Assembly (NCBI GenBank): GCA_038087875.1
Contig: CM075991.1
Location: 7,938,001 to 8,002,000, forward strand
Direction of reading: 5' to 3'
Length of the DNA: 64,000 nt
DNA from: Malacoraja senta
Lineage: Eukaryota
In this document: positions 1 through 12,283 of the stretch, piece by piece
Numbering within the stretch: position 1 is the stretch's first letter
Layout: each line of letters opens with the position of its first letter
The notes under the pieces: generated by a model
What the model was told of the DNA's origin: nothing
What the model saw: the letters and a program-made list of their open reading frames with translations, nothing else
Databases searched by the model: none
Made by a program: the position numbers and the translations under genes

Positions 1-289
1 ATCATTTATTGCATTTCATTTCATGTTTGGTGACCCAGGGTGATTTAATGAATATGTTCCATTGCGTTTATTATTCCAAGGTTTGGGATTATTAAATCAT
101 GCTTCTCAGTGTAGAATTTGTAAATGTCAGACTTACACACTTTTTTAATGGGAAAAATATATATCTTGTTTATTCGGCTAACTCGGGCACTTGGGCTGAA
201 GCTCCAACTAAGGCAGTAAACCTCCTGCAAGCAATGATTCTGTAGAGATGGCCACTAACGCCCTGGATCCCCTGGGGCAGGGGATTGAT

Positions 290-1275
290 TGCTGCTTCAG
301 TGACAACCCTGTTGCTGATATTGACCCATATACCTCAGGATCAGTGTAAATCCTGGCAGTCACACAGGCCTCGGGATCTGTAAATACTGAAACACTGACC
401 AAGAGATTGGTGCAAATATTGGCCCGCACAGGTGTCATTGGTTATGGGGGTAGAAGGCAGGAGTACGGGGTTCGGAGGGATAGATCGATCAGCCATGATT
501 GAATGGCGGAGTAGACTTGATGGGCCGAATGGCCTGCCTCTGCTCCCATCCCTAATGACCGTATGACACGACAAGAGGTCAAGAGATAATGCAAATATTC
601 TCACACACACACGCACGCACACACACACACGCACACGCACACAATGTTGGGATCATGGAAATATTGACACACGGCCCAAGAGATCAATGTAAATATTCAC
701 ACAAACACGCACGCACACACATGCACGCACACACACACAGGCTTAGGGAAATTTTGCGCACACATTGAGATTATTGCAAATATTGGCGCACACACCACAG
801 GTGGTGATTATTGACACGCATTCCTTTGGATCCGTGCAAATATTAACAAATTCGCATTGGGATCCATGCCAATATTGACACTCAGCTATGGATCAATGCA
901 AATATTGACACACGCATACCTATGGATCAGAGCAACTATTGACCTAGTGATCAGTAAAAAAATATACGCAAATAGACTTCGAGATCAGTACAAATACTGA
1001 CACACTCGCCAAGGGATCAGTGTACATATTGACACACGCATACCTCGGGCTCAGAGCAAATACTGACACACTCACCTAGGGATCAGTACATGTATTAATG
1101 CACTCGTATAGGGATCAGTGCAAGTATTGACACACTTAGCTAGAGGTTGATGCATATATTGACACATGCATACCTAGGGATTAGTGTAAAATATTGATAC
1201 ACACGGGCAAATAGTGACACACTTAGCTCGGAGTCAGTACCAATATCGACACACTCATCTGGGGATCAGCACATA
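290..1275. repeat. Degenerate minisatellite, 32-34 bp unit (approx. GGGATCAGTGCAAATATTGACACACNCACCTA), interrupted by a CR1 tail and (CA)n runs
   Basis: GATCAG-like anchors at 983, 1015, 1049, 1081, 1113, ~1145 and 1179 (spacing 32-34); more decayed units from ~340 to ~950. Confidence 0.75.
433..563 (+). mobile_element. CR1/HER1 LINE 3' end fragment
   Basis: ggttatgggg..gaaggcagga...gatcagccatgattgaatggcggagtagacttgatgggccgaatggcct, the same 3' UTR as the longer CR1 copies in the window. Confidence 0.8.
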
Positions 1276-1277
1276 TG

Positions 1278-1505
1278 TATGTGGGGAGTTTGTACATTCT
1301 CCCTGTGACCACGTGGGTTTCCTCCAGGCGTACCAGTTTCTTCCCACAGCCCAAAGATGTGTGGGTGTGTAGTTTAATTGGCCTCTGCAAATTGCCCCCA
1401 GTGTGTAGGATGCAAAAGAGGGGCTAGTGTGCGGGTGATCAATAGTCGGAGTGGACCTGGTGGGCCGAAAGGTCCATACAGTGTTTCCATGCTGGATGTC
1501 TAAAC
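1278..1505 (+). mobile_element. HE1/V-SINE fragment
   Basis: V-domain ggagtttgtacattctccctgtgaccacgtgggttt plus LINE-like tail gtgggccgaa. Confidence 0.75.
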
Positions 1506-1640
1506 GAAGAAAAATATTAAATTGGGTTTTAGTGATATTGATTGAAAGATAAATAAGGGCCAGGACACTATATGGAGATTCCTTGCTGCTCCATGCAGTA
1601 GTTCTTCCAGATGACTGAGCAGAGGCTTAGTTCGGAATCG

Positions 1641-1947
1641 CATCCAAAATGTTATTAAAAGGGCTTGACTCCTCCGCGTTAAAACCTCTCGAGTGGGACT
1701 TGAACCGTAAACCTGAGGACTTACAATCGAGCTCGACCCAGCGAGTCGGGGCTGTGGAAAATTGATGTGATCCAGTGCCAGGTCTTCAGGGCTGCTCCTG
1801 CAATGGTGCATGCACAGACTCCGTGGATTAACCTAACCCGGCCACCTGTGTGAGGGATTAAGGAATTCCTGGACCCGGATCCTGAATCTGGGGGGATACT
1901 GGATATGTAGAGGGGGATTTACGTTTTAATGCAAGGTTGGTAGTCAC
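1641..1947. repeat. Local ~300 bp direct duplication, copy 1 (copy 2 at 3333-3632)
   Basis: catccaaaatgttatta...gcaaggttggtagtcac occurs twice, colinear, with a few indels. Confidence 0.9.
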
Positions 1948-2382
1948 TGATATCAATGCCTGATTTTTACATGACGTAAGCAAATGAATTAATACCTACT
2001 CTGCTGTAGGATGCCCTACCCTTCACCGACTGCTGTGACCACCGCAAACCTTGTGCAAGTCAGTTGTAGCTCGCTCTTGAAAGAGGACGATGAATAATTC
2101 TGTCTCATTCTCAACATGGTGTATGTCTGTTATCTTTGTTGTGCTGCAGCATCCCGCCTGGTCTCATCTATGTTGTCAGGCACTTCTCCCAGCTGACCAA
2201 AGGGCGGTCCATTTGCATAGCTTTGATCAGGATTGTGAGGAACCAGAAGGAATCGTAATCCTGCCCAGGGCAGATGCTCACAATCGCTTCCCTCGCCGTT
2301 CGAGCTTGTTGCCCCGTAAGGCACCTTGCGGGGGTGGCGGACCTGTGGAATTCTTTGCCACGGAAGGCTGTGGAGGCAGAGT

Positions 2383-2982
2383 CAGGGGCGGAAAACCCGG
2401 GGGGGGGGGGCAGAGGGAACACGTCCCCCCCCATGTTTTGAGAGGTGGGGGACATCCCCCCCAAGTCTTTGTGATCCGTATTTTAAAATCTCCGCTTTCC
2501 GCGAGACAGTGGGGGTGGGACTGATGATCGAGGGCGCGATGATTGGAGAAGGGAGACGTGGCACAGACCTGCGCCTCATCCGCAGGCAGGATCGATCCCG
2601 GCCAGGTCTCCGGCGCTGTCCCGAGTACCCCCCACCCCCCCCTCCACGGGTGGCCAGAGAGGTCGGGAGTCAGACGCGAGCTGTGCCCCCAGGCCCACAG
2701 CCAGCGCAGAGAAACAGCACTAAACCCAGCTCAACTCTGCCTGTCCCGCCAGGTGAACCTGCCTGGGCTTGCGGGAAATATGGCCAGCACGGAGAAGCAG
2801 CGCAGGTGTCCAGTCAGGGCTGTAGTTAACCCGGTGAGACAGGCAGGGTTGAGCTGCATTTAGCGCTGGATTGGGCCTCCAAAGCCTCGCGCGTGTGTGT
2901 GTGAGTGTGCGCATGCGCGCGCGGCCGCCAAAAAATTGTGTCCCCCGTCCCCTCCATGTTTTGATAGCGTGTTCCGCTCTTG
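2383..2982. mobile_element. Non-autonomous hAT-like DNA transposon (600 bp)
   Basis: Imperfect TIRs CAGGGGCGGAA (2383) / TTCCGCTCTTG (ends 2982); 8-bp flanks GGCAGAGT / GATAGAGT (6/8); subterminal repeat gtcccc..ccatgttttga at both ends; interrupts a CR1 fragment. Confidence 0.7.
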
Positions 2983-3332
2983 GATAGAGTTAAGGCAGAG
3001 AGACACAAAATGCTGGAGTTACTCAGCGGGACAGGCAGCATCTCTGAAGAGAAGGAATGGGTGACTTTTCGGGTCGAGACCCTTCTTCGGACTATTCCTT
3101 GGAAATGGCATCACGGGTAGATAAGTTGGTCAAGAAGGCCTTCGGCACATTGGCCTTCATCGGTCAGAATATGGTATATATTTAAGGCAGAAATTGATAG
3201 ATTCTTGATTAGTACAGGTGTCAGAGGTAATGGGGAGAAGGCAGGAGAATGGAGTTAGGAGGGAGAGATAGATCAGCCATGATTGAATGGCGGGGTAGAA
3301 TTGATGGCCCATTCTACTCCTATCACTTATCT

Positions 3333-3632
3333 CATCCAAAATGTTATTATAAGGGCTTGACTCTGCGTTAAAACCTCTCGAGTGGGACTTGAACCGTAAA
3401 CCTGAGGATTTACAATCGAGCTCGACCCAGCGAGTCGGGGCTGTGGAAAATTTATGTGATCCAGGTCTTCAGGGCTGCTCCTGCAATGGTGCATGCACTG
3501 ACTCCGTGGGTTAACCTGGCCACTCGTGTGAGGGATTAAGGAATTCCTGGACCCGGATCCTGAATCTCGGGGGAACGCGGGATACAGGATATGTAGAGGG
3601 GGATTTAAGTTTAAGGCAAGGTTGGTAGTCAC
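3333..3632. repeat. Local ~300 bp direct duplication, copy 2
   Basis: Colinear with 1641-1947. Confidence 0.9.
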
Positions 3633-4110
3633 CTTTTCCTCCTGGTTTCCTCCCATATTCCAATCTTATGACCTTCTTAGGATGTTCCAGATACCCTCCC
3701 GTTTTTCGCTGCCGTGCAACGGCCAACTTTGGATGCTTAAGTGGCAATGGAGGAATCATTGACCACCTGTTGCATGAGATGTCCAGCCTACTGAATGTAG
3801 TGCGTAAACATCACGTAGAGAAGAGCATTGTATATATCCCCATATCAGGTTATCTACAAACAATAGCTGACAATTTCTCCAGGGATTGACACAAAATGCT
3901 GGAGTAACTTAGCGGGACAGGCAGCATCTCTGGAGAGAAGGAATGTATGACGTTTTGGGTCGAGACCCTTCTTGAGACTGAGAGTCAGGGGGGAGGGGGT
4001 CTAGAGATATGGAAGGGTAAGGTGTGAAAACGACAGATCAAAGCAGATGGTGTTAAGGAAATGTAGAACGGTTCATTGTTAGCATCGAGACCGTTTGGAA
4101 GGATTGGTTA

Positions 4111-4665
4111 GGTCCCCTAATTTGGTTTGGTCCCCTAATTTGAGGAAGGACATTCTTGCTATTGAGGGAGTGCAGCATAGGTTTACAAGGTTAATTCCCG
4201 GGATGGCGGGACTGTCATATGCTGAGAGAATGGAGCGGCTGGGCTTGTACACTCTGGAGTTTTGAAGGATGAGAGGGTCTCATTGAAACATATAAGATTG
4301 TTAAGCGTTTGGACACGCTAGAGGCAGGAAACATGTTCCCGATGTTGGGGGAGTCCAGAACCAGGGGCCACAGTTTAAGATTAAGGGGTAGGCCATTTAG
4401 AACGGAGATGAGGAAACACTTTTTCTCACAGAGAGTAGTGAGTGTGTGGAATTCTCTGCCTCAGAGGGCGGTGGAGGCAGGTTCTCTGGATACTTTCAAG
4501 AGAGAGCTAGATAGGGCTCTTAAAAATAGCGGAGTCAGGGGATATGGGGAGAAGGCAGGAACGGGGTACTGATTGGAGATGATCAGCCATGATCACATTG
4601 AATGGCGGTGCTGGCTCGAAGGGCCAAATGGCCTACTCCTGCACCTATTGTCTATTGTCTATTGT
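4111..4665 (+). mobile_element. 5'-truncated CR1/HER1 LINE (ORF2 C-terminus, 3' UTR, (TATTGTC)n tail)
   Basis: ORF 4309-4572 TRGHSLRLRGRPFRTEMRKHFFSQRVVSVWNSLP is the CR1 ORF2 C-terminus; upstream stop/frameshift; tandem tail. Confidence 0.92.
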
Positions 4666-5462
4666 CCCTGAATGGTGGGAAGGTAAGAGGTGAAAGTACA
4701 GGTTGCACGGAAAAGTGTTGTAGCAGGGGAATGGCTGAAGGGGGGTGGGCAGTCGTGAAAGGATCGACCCACGACTGGTGTGAGAACCAGCCCCAATAAG
4801 AAGTCCCGCATTATTTCATCCTATCAAAATAATACCCTTCATTCCACCCACGACTCTCCACTACACTGTCCAATCACAACACAACATGGTAGAGTTGCTG
4901 CCTCACAGCCCCAGAGACTCGGGTTCGATCCTGACCATGGGTGCTGTCTGTACGGAGTTTGTACGTTCTCCCCGTGACAGCGTGGGTTTTCTCCGGGTGC
5001 TCCGGTTTCCTGCCGTATTCCAAAGACCTGCAGGTTTGGAGGTTAAATGACTTCTGTAAAATTGTAATAACTGATCATTTACAGTATTTTTTATTGCATA
5101 TTTATTTTGTCATGTTGTTGCATTTCATGCCCCTATAAAACTGCAGCGAGCCTGAATTACATTGTTCTATTATAGATGTTAATGCCATAGAGTTTACAGC
5201 GTGCTCCATATCTCTCTAAACCAGTCCAAGCCATGTACCTGTCTAAATATTTCTTAGCATTTGCAGTAGTGCCTGCCTCAACTACCTCCACCGAGAGCTC
5301 GTTCATCACCCCTCTGGGTAAAAATAGTTATCCCTCAGGTTCCTATTAAATCTTTCCCCCCCTCATCAAACTTTGATGTCCTCTGGTTCTCGATTCCCTT
5401 ACTCTGGGCGAAAGATCGATTCCTCTTTTCATTTTGTACACCTCTATTAGATCACCCCTTCA

Positions 5463-5625
5463 AGGAAAGAGCGTTCACGTCGGGGCCCTGTTTCCACCAA
5501 TCCTTCCACCACCACGCTCAAGAAGCACAAGAAGCGCAAGACGCCATTGTATGCAGATGCCGAGAAGTGTGTTCAGCTCTGGCTGAACAATTTCCAATCT
5601 TGTGATGTGGCCTAAATAAGAAGAG
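5463..5625 (+). mobile_element. Short TSD-flanked retrotransposed insert of unknown family inside a minus-strand CR1 fragment
   Basis: Flanked by GATCACCC(C)TTCA at 5450-5462 and 5626-5637; ends TAAATAAGAAGAG. Confidence 0.55.
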
Positions 5626-5964
5626 GATCACCCTTCATCCTCCTGTTCTCGGTGTCTATGACCATTAAACAGTCTGACTGACTACAATGAACACTTTGTA
5701 CCACATTGAACTCTTTGTAACGTAGTTGACATCCTATACATGGCGACTCTTAACATACATTGTCACATGATCATATTGAATGGCGGTGCATGCTCGAAGG
5801 GCCGAATGGCCTACTCCTGCACCTATTTTCTATGTTTCTATGTTTCTAATAAGGCATTCACTCACTCATTCTTGATTGGACTCTTGAAGCCAACTACTCT
5901 TCTCCTTGGACAAACTTGTTTCTCTCCCCCATTCTGATGAAGGGTCCCGAACCTGAAACTTTAA

Positions 5965-6187
5965 AGGGCCTGTCCCACTTACACCATTTTCTTTGGCGAC
6001 CGGCCAGCACCCGTCATAGTCGCAGCAGGTCGCCGAAAATTTTCAACGTGACGCCTGTTTGGTCGTGAGTAGTCGCCCAAAGAGTCGTACCTTTTTCTGG
6101 TCGCCGCTGGGTTTTCAACATGTTGAACATTTTTGGCGACCTACCACGACCATGACGGGTGCCGGCAAGTCGCCGAAAAAATCGCGG
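5965..6187. mobile_element. Truncated PIF/Harbinger-type MITE (left TIR only)
   Basis: taa|AGGGCCTGTCCCACTT start; internal tcgcc/ggcga repeats and a ttttcaacatgttgaa palindrome shared with the other MITEs; no right TIR. Confidence 0.7.
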
Positions 6188-6547
6188 CCGCCTGACTTGC
6201 TGAGTTTAGGGATGCCTATAGAGCAGACTGGGTATGTATTTAAGGCGATCTCCATCCTCGAAGTACATTCTGGTCTGGTCTGGAAGTACAGACTGACACT
6301 TCTATATTTCTTTTAGATTATATAATTTTTGTATAATTGAATTAAAAGCCCCCAGATGTCATGGTGAGATTTGAACTGATGTCATCACTCATTATCACCT
6401 TCCCCACAGCCAACAATGAACCATTGTGGGCTCCACCTTTCCTTGGTCATCGTCGCTTCTTGCCTATATATATCTTTCATTCAATTGGTTTTATGTACCT
6501 TCTATATCTCTTGTTTCCCCTGACTCTCAGCCAGAGAAAGGGTTTCA

Positions 6548-6717
6548 ATAGACAATAGACAATAGATGCAGGAGTAGGCCATTCGGCCCTTCGAGCCAGC
6601 ACCGCCATTCACTATGATCATGGCTGATCATCCCCAATCAGTACCCCGTTCCTGCCTTCTCCCCATATCCCTTGACTCCGCTATCTTTAAGAGCCCTATC
6701 TAGCTCTCTCTTGAAAG
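6548..6717 (-). mobile_element. CR1 3' end inserted into a Penelope-derived hammerhead repeat
   Basis: (CAATAGA)n tail and CR1 3' UTR on the minus strand; host motif is split as gaaagggtt|...|tctcgacccgaaacgtcacc. Confidence 0.8.
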
Positions 6718-7322
6718 ACGAACTCTCTCGACCCGAAACGTCACCTATTCCTTTTTTTCCAGAGATGCTGCCTGACCCGCTGAGTTACTCCAGCTTTTTT
6801 GTGTCTTATCTTCACTGAAACAATGACTGATGGTCAAGCAACAGAACCACTAGACTACTATGACCATCATTTTACTAATTGTCTTGTCTTTATACACTGT
6901 CTTTGCTTTTATTATCTTGCAGATTTTTCTATTGATCGGTTGTGTAATGATATATGTCTTTGTGTCCGTTCTGCTGCTGCAATGTTCATTGTATCTGCAC
7001 ATCGCTACACTTGTGCATATGACAATCAATTCAACTTGACTTGACACGACCAGGTAATGAACCAGGCCACTGGGGATAAGGCTCTGTTCTTCTATTAATC
7101 TTTGGCATCCAGCTGGGAGAGGAAGTTGAGTTGCTTCAGTCTAAAGAGATATGTCTCCATCTGTGTGATGCTCTCTCAGTATCGTCCTGGGATATCAACT
7201 TAGCCTTTTGTGACCATACTTCATGAGCAGTACTTGAATCCTCAACCCGACCATGAGCTTGAGACGCAAGGAACTGCAGATGCTGGTTAACAGCAAAAGA
7301 GACAAAGTGCTGGAGTAACAGC

Positions 7323-7630
7323 CGGGCATGGTGGCACAATGGTAGAGTTGCTGCCTTACAGCGCCAGAGACCCGGGTTCGATCCCGACTACGGTAGCTTA
7401 TCTGTACGGAATTCCTACGTTGTCCCCGTGGGTTTTCTCCGAGATCTTCAGTTTCCTCCCACACGTCAAAGACGTATAGTTTTGTAGGTTCCTTGACTTG
7501 GTATACATATAAAATTATCTCCAGTGTGTGTATTATAGTGTTAATGTGCGGGGATCGCTGGTCGGTGCAGACTCAGTGGGCTGGAGGGCCTGTTTCCACA
7601 CTATATCTCTAAACTAAACTGAACTGAACT
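7323..7630 (+). mobile_element. Full-length HE1/V-SINE
   Basis: tRNA-like head with A box (ggtggcacaatggt) and B box (ggttcgatccc), central V-domain, CR1-like tail ending (AAACT)n. Confidence 0.9.
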
Positions 7631-8303
7631 CACTGGGTCAGGCAGTATCTCTGGAGAGCATGGATAGGTGACGTTTCAAGCTTGACTTGCTCAATTACTC
7701 CAGCAATCCGTGTCCTTTTTTGTTAATCAGCATCTGCAGTTCCTCACGTCTCCATTCTACTGCTCCACTGTATAATCTCCTCATTATGCCGACTTTGAAG
7801 AGGTTCCCCTCTCTCCGAGGCGAGTTTTGTGATCCCCTCTCTCGCTGCTCCCCCTCTGCGATTCCTACTGCTCTCCTAATCTGTGACCATGTTCAGACAT
7901 GGAGTCTATAGAAGGATCTCGACCCCGAAACATCACCATGTTCTCCAGAGATGCTGCTTGACCTGCTGAGTCACTCCAGCACATTGTGTCTTTTTTTTAC
8001 CCAACAATAAGACTTCCCTGTGTGTAGGAAATGTGTGTCGGAGATGCTGCCTGTCCCGCTGAGTTACTCCAACATTTTGTGTCTACCTTCGAATAAGACT
8101 TCCCTACTCCTATCAAATTAACAGACCATTTGCCCTTGTCATACCAACATGATGGCCGTCAGCAACTTGTATACAAGCACCTACATGCCCCGTTGAACAT
8201 CAACATTGCACACTCTCAACATTTAAGATAATTTCTCATTTTTAATTTTGTATACCAAAGACAATGACCTCGCGTTTTTCCACATTATATTTCGAGGGTA
8301 ATA

Positions 8304-8643
8304 CGGGTCCGCCACCAATGTTACAGCACCCTTGGTTCCAGAGCCTTTCTGGATTATCCATTTTGCTGGACTAATAGGGGTCACGGCCTCCGAGAGGATC
8401 CCAACGGTGTTGGAACGTTCCGCCTGAGCCGCCAACGGACAGGGATACCAGCCCCGCAAAGTCAGCCTCGGAAGTCGGCTCTGGGAACGGAGCCGTCGAT
8501 CAGCCGATGGGGTCGAGATCGGCCTCCTCAGCCAGCCTGGGCAACACATTTTGCAGGGGAATTTTCAAGTGCGCTCTGGTAACCTTGTCTGCATTAAAGG
8601 AGGTGGCGGATCTCCAGTTGCCGGAAAATCGTTGGTGGACCCG
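8304..8643. mobile_element. Tc1/mariner (pogo/Tigger-like) MITE, 340 bp
   Basis: TA|CGGGTCCGCCACC ... GTTGGTGGACCCG|TA: imperfect TIRs with TA duplication at 8302-8303 and 8644-8645. Confidence 0.75.
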
Positions 8644-8654
8644 TATAGGTTGGA

Positions 8655-9590
8655 TTTAAGTTTAGGTATATTATTGTTATGTACACCGAGGTACAGTGAA
8701 AAGCTACCATGTCAGATGAGATAATACCATAAGTTCATAAGTGATAGGAGTAGAATTAGTCCATTCAGTCCATCAAGTCTACTCCACCATTCAATCATGG
8801 CTGATCTATCTCTCCCTCCTAACCCCATTCTCCTGCCGTCTCCCCATAACCTCTGACACCCGTAACTAATCAAGAAAATACAATCGTCAAACTTAAGTAC
8901 AATAGGTAGAGAATAGTCCTCAGCATTCTAGAGCTCTAGTCCCATAGACAATGTCCAATGTCCACACTGGGGTAGAGGTGAATCGGACTCTTCTCTAACT
9001 TATGGAAGGACCGTTCAGAAGCTTGATAATAGAGAGGAAGAAACATAGAAACATAGAAAATAGGTGCACGAGGAGGCCATTCGGCCCTTCGAGCCAGCAC
9101 CACCATTCATTGTGATCATGGATGATTGTCCCCTATCAATAACCCGTGCCTGCCTTCTCCCCATATCCCTTGACTCCACTAGCCCTAGAGCTCTATCTAA
9201 CTCTCTCTTAAATCCATCCAGTGACTTGGCCTCCACTGCCCTCTGTGGCAGGGAATTCCATAAATTCACAACTCTCTGGGTGAAAAAGTTTTTTTCTCAC
9301 CTCAGTCTTAAATGACCTCCCCTTTATTCTAAGACTGTGGCCCCTGGTTCTGGACTCGCCCAACATTGGGAACATTTTTCCTGCATCTAGCTTGTCCAGT
9401 CCTTTTATAATTTTATATGTTTCTATAAGATCACCCCTCATCCTTCTAAAGAAGCTGTTCCTGAGTCTGGCAGTGTGTGCTCTATAGCTTATGTGCCTTC
9501 CTGCAGACAGGAGCATGGAGAAGAAGGAATGACCTGGCTGGGATAAGTCTTTGATTATGCAGGCAGCGTGAAGTGTAGATGGAGTCAACG
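8655..9590 (-). mobile_element. Rex1/Babar LINE 3' fragment interrupted by CR1 pieces (incl. 9040-9450)
   Basis: Minus-strand translation IIKDLSQPGHSFFSMLLSAGRH..RAHTARLRNSFF is the Rex1 ORF C-terminal motif; it resumes on the other side of the CR1 insert. Confidence 0.7.
9040..9450 (-). mobile_element. 5'-truncated CR1/HER1 LINE with (TATGTTTC)n tail
   Basis: RRMRGDLIETYKIIKGLDKLDAGKMFPMLGESRTRGHSLRIKG and NLWNSLPQRAVEA; tail at 9040-9060. Confidence 0.92.
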
Positions 9591-10654
9591 AGTCAATAAT
9601 GTAGACTGATAACCTCTATCTCACCACTGACACCAAGGTTTCAACTCCCGATGAATATTTACAAGAATAACGATAATCTTGCTGAGAATCCTCTTCATCG
9701 TGCCGTGGTTCAATGAAGGTGGGCTACCGTGACAGCTAAAACCAGCAGATTGAGTTATTTTGGACAGAAAGCAAAGAAATCCACTGGAAGCAGAGGTGGG
9801 GGTCTGTCAGCGTCAGGACAGCAGTCTGGGGACACCGGTTTTCGAAGGTCATCAGATTCCAGTATTTATCTGTACTGCTTTGCCCTACAAACACATTAAT
9901 CTGTTAGCTTGTGCTAATGATAACATGCGCTGGAAAGATAACGCATGTCGCCATGCATTGCTGGAGTTGCTGCAATACTGCACGTCAGCATTTGCTCAAG
10001 GTGGGCATGTTGTGGGGGGATTGGATTGGGGATGGGGGGGTAGGCCTCAATTGGAGGTCTTTTGGCTTGTGTCACCTGTGCTGCAAGATCACACCTATGC
10101 TTGGCCTCGTTATTGATATTTACGTTATTTTAATGATGACTGCATCAGTATTTTTTGTTGTGAAGTGAAATTGAATCTCCGTTTGTGGGGACTGGTGTAG
10201 ATGGGGCATGTCGGTCAGCATGGGCAAGTTGGGCCTGTTTCCACGCTCAATGTCCTTATGACTCTATGATACAATCTCTCTTTGTGGGATTGTATCATCG
10301 AGCCATAGAGACATACAGCATGGAAACAGGCCCTTCAGCCCAACTTCCCCATGCCGACCAACATGCCCCTTCTACACTTGGCCCACTTGCCTGCGTTGGG
10401 TCCATATCCCTCTAAACCTATCCTATCCAGATACATGTCCAAATGTTTCTTAACATTTTTCAGTACTTACTAACTTCTTCAGTACTTACATGAGTTCCAG
10501 TAAGGTGTGTTGGTCTTCTGTAGTTTACCCATCTGTAAGAATGTGTTAATATTTAAATAGTGTTTCTGGAATGTGTCAGAATTTAGAGATCACTAATCTC
10601 CTCTAATCCTGTCGACGTCTTCTTTTCCCTCCATCTCACCTCAGAGGAGCTTCC

Positions 10655-11269
10655 ATAAACATAATCATACTTTATTAGCCAAGTATGTTTTGCAACATAC
10701 GAGGAATTTGAATAGCCAGGCAGTCATACCAATAAAAAGCACCAAAACTCACAAAATACATTTTAACATAAACATCCACCACAGTGACTCCTCCACATTC
10801 CTAACTGTGATGGAAGGCGGAAAAAAAAATTCAATATCTTCCCTTCTTTGTCCTCCCGAGGTTGGGGGCCTCGAACCTTCTGTTAAAGGGACGATCTTGG
10901 CTCCCGCAATCGGCGGTCGGGCCCTCCGCGTCGGGGCGATCAAATTCCCGCATGGGGGGGGGGATCTCAGCCCCCGCGCCGGGCGATCGGACCTCGGGTC
11001 GCGGCTAGTCGAACCTCCTGCGACTTTGGAGCTTCCCGACATCAGTCTCTACCCGAGACTGCGTGCTTCTCGATGGAGAAATCCGCAGGCCGCTGTTGGA
11101 GCGTCGATCCCAGGCGAGGGATCGCAGGCTCCGATGTTAAGTCCACGGCCCCGGGGTGGGGCTCAAAGTCAGTCTCGAACAAGGCCGCCAGCTCCATGAT
11201 GTTAGGCCGCAGATCGACCGGAGATACGATCCTGAAAACAATCGCATCTCCTGCAAGGTAAGAGATTGA
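10655..11269 (-). mobile_element. Unclassified GC-rich retroposon (family also at 28849, 34396, 39780, 42246, 62598)
   Basis: Shares the ggagatgcg..tttt 5' motif and the gccttccatcacagt..gtcactgtggtggatgtt..acttggctaataaa 3' module with the other copies. Confidence 0.6.
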
Positions 11270-12283
11270 CCCTTGTCCCATAGCACGACCTCGCCATAGC
11301 TGTTCACCTTTCTGGGTCTAAAATCTTTCCTTGCACTCCTGTGTCTTTGCCACCAAGCAAGAGGTTTTATTGCCTTTTTTCCTTGGAACCCATCAACATT
11401 CCTGTGCCTTGTCGGAGCCCACCTCGACCTTGCTCTTCCTGTGTAAGAAGGAAGTGTCAATGCTGCTTTAAACCGAAGATAGACACAAAAAGCTGTGGTA
11501 ACACAGTGGGACAGGCAGCATCTCTGGAGAGAAGGATTGGGTGACGTTTCGGGTCGAGACCCTTCTTCAGGCTGGTTACTCTTCCTTATCCTTTACTTAA
11601 GCTCATTACATTCCCTTCCTCTTCCCCTGCGTTTAATTGTTGTCTCATGAGTTGCGGTTCCAGTGTGAGTGAATGGTATTCTGATGGGGAATCCATTAAG
11701 CACTCTTTCCTCAAGATGTAACACTTCGCTGGGTGTCATTGATACGGTTGAATTGCTGCAGCTGCAACCAATCTTGATAACATCCAGGGACAAAAGGGCA
11801 GATGAACCCCTGTGGATTAGCCGAAAATCCGTTTAGAAGTTGTCGTTTTCATTCAACGCTCTCCTATTAAAGCGTTAAACATCTATTGCACGCTGCTTTG
11901 TTTCTTAACCCCTCGAACATTTAAATTGGATTGTCTTGGGCTGGGCTTGACCAACTTCAATGGACTTGGATACCAGGCAGGGAGCATAATGCTGTAATCC
12001 CGTTATCCCACTTTCACAACCACTGCCCACACGCTAGGAGCAGTTAACCGATGGCCAATTAACCTGTACGCCCTTGGAATGTGCGAGGAAACTGGAGCTC
12101 ACAGGGTGTGAGCGTGCAAACTCCACGTAGGCAGCACCTGAGGTCAGGATCAAACCTGGGTCTCCGGCGCTGTGTGAGGCAGCAACTCTACCAGCTGTGC
12201 CAATGCGTCTTTATCTTGTGGGGCTGATTGAGGCCAGGCCTTCCGGAAATAGAGGAAGGCATTGCCTGGATAGGCACCAATTA

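Noticed and set aside
940..1275. CRISPR-like regularly spaced repeats
   Set aside because: Units are contiguous tandem copies without unique spacers, in vertebrate DNA with no cas genes.
7323..7400. tRNA genes at SINE heads (A and B boxes, here and at many other loci)
   Set aside because: No complete cloverleaf or acceptor stem; each continues into the V-domain and LINE-like tail of a SINE.
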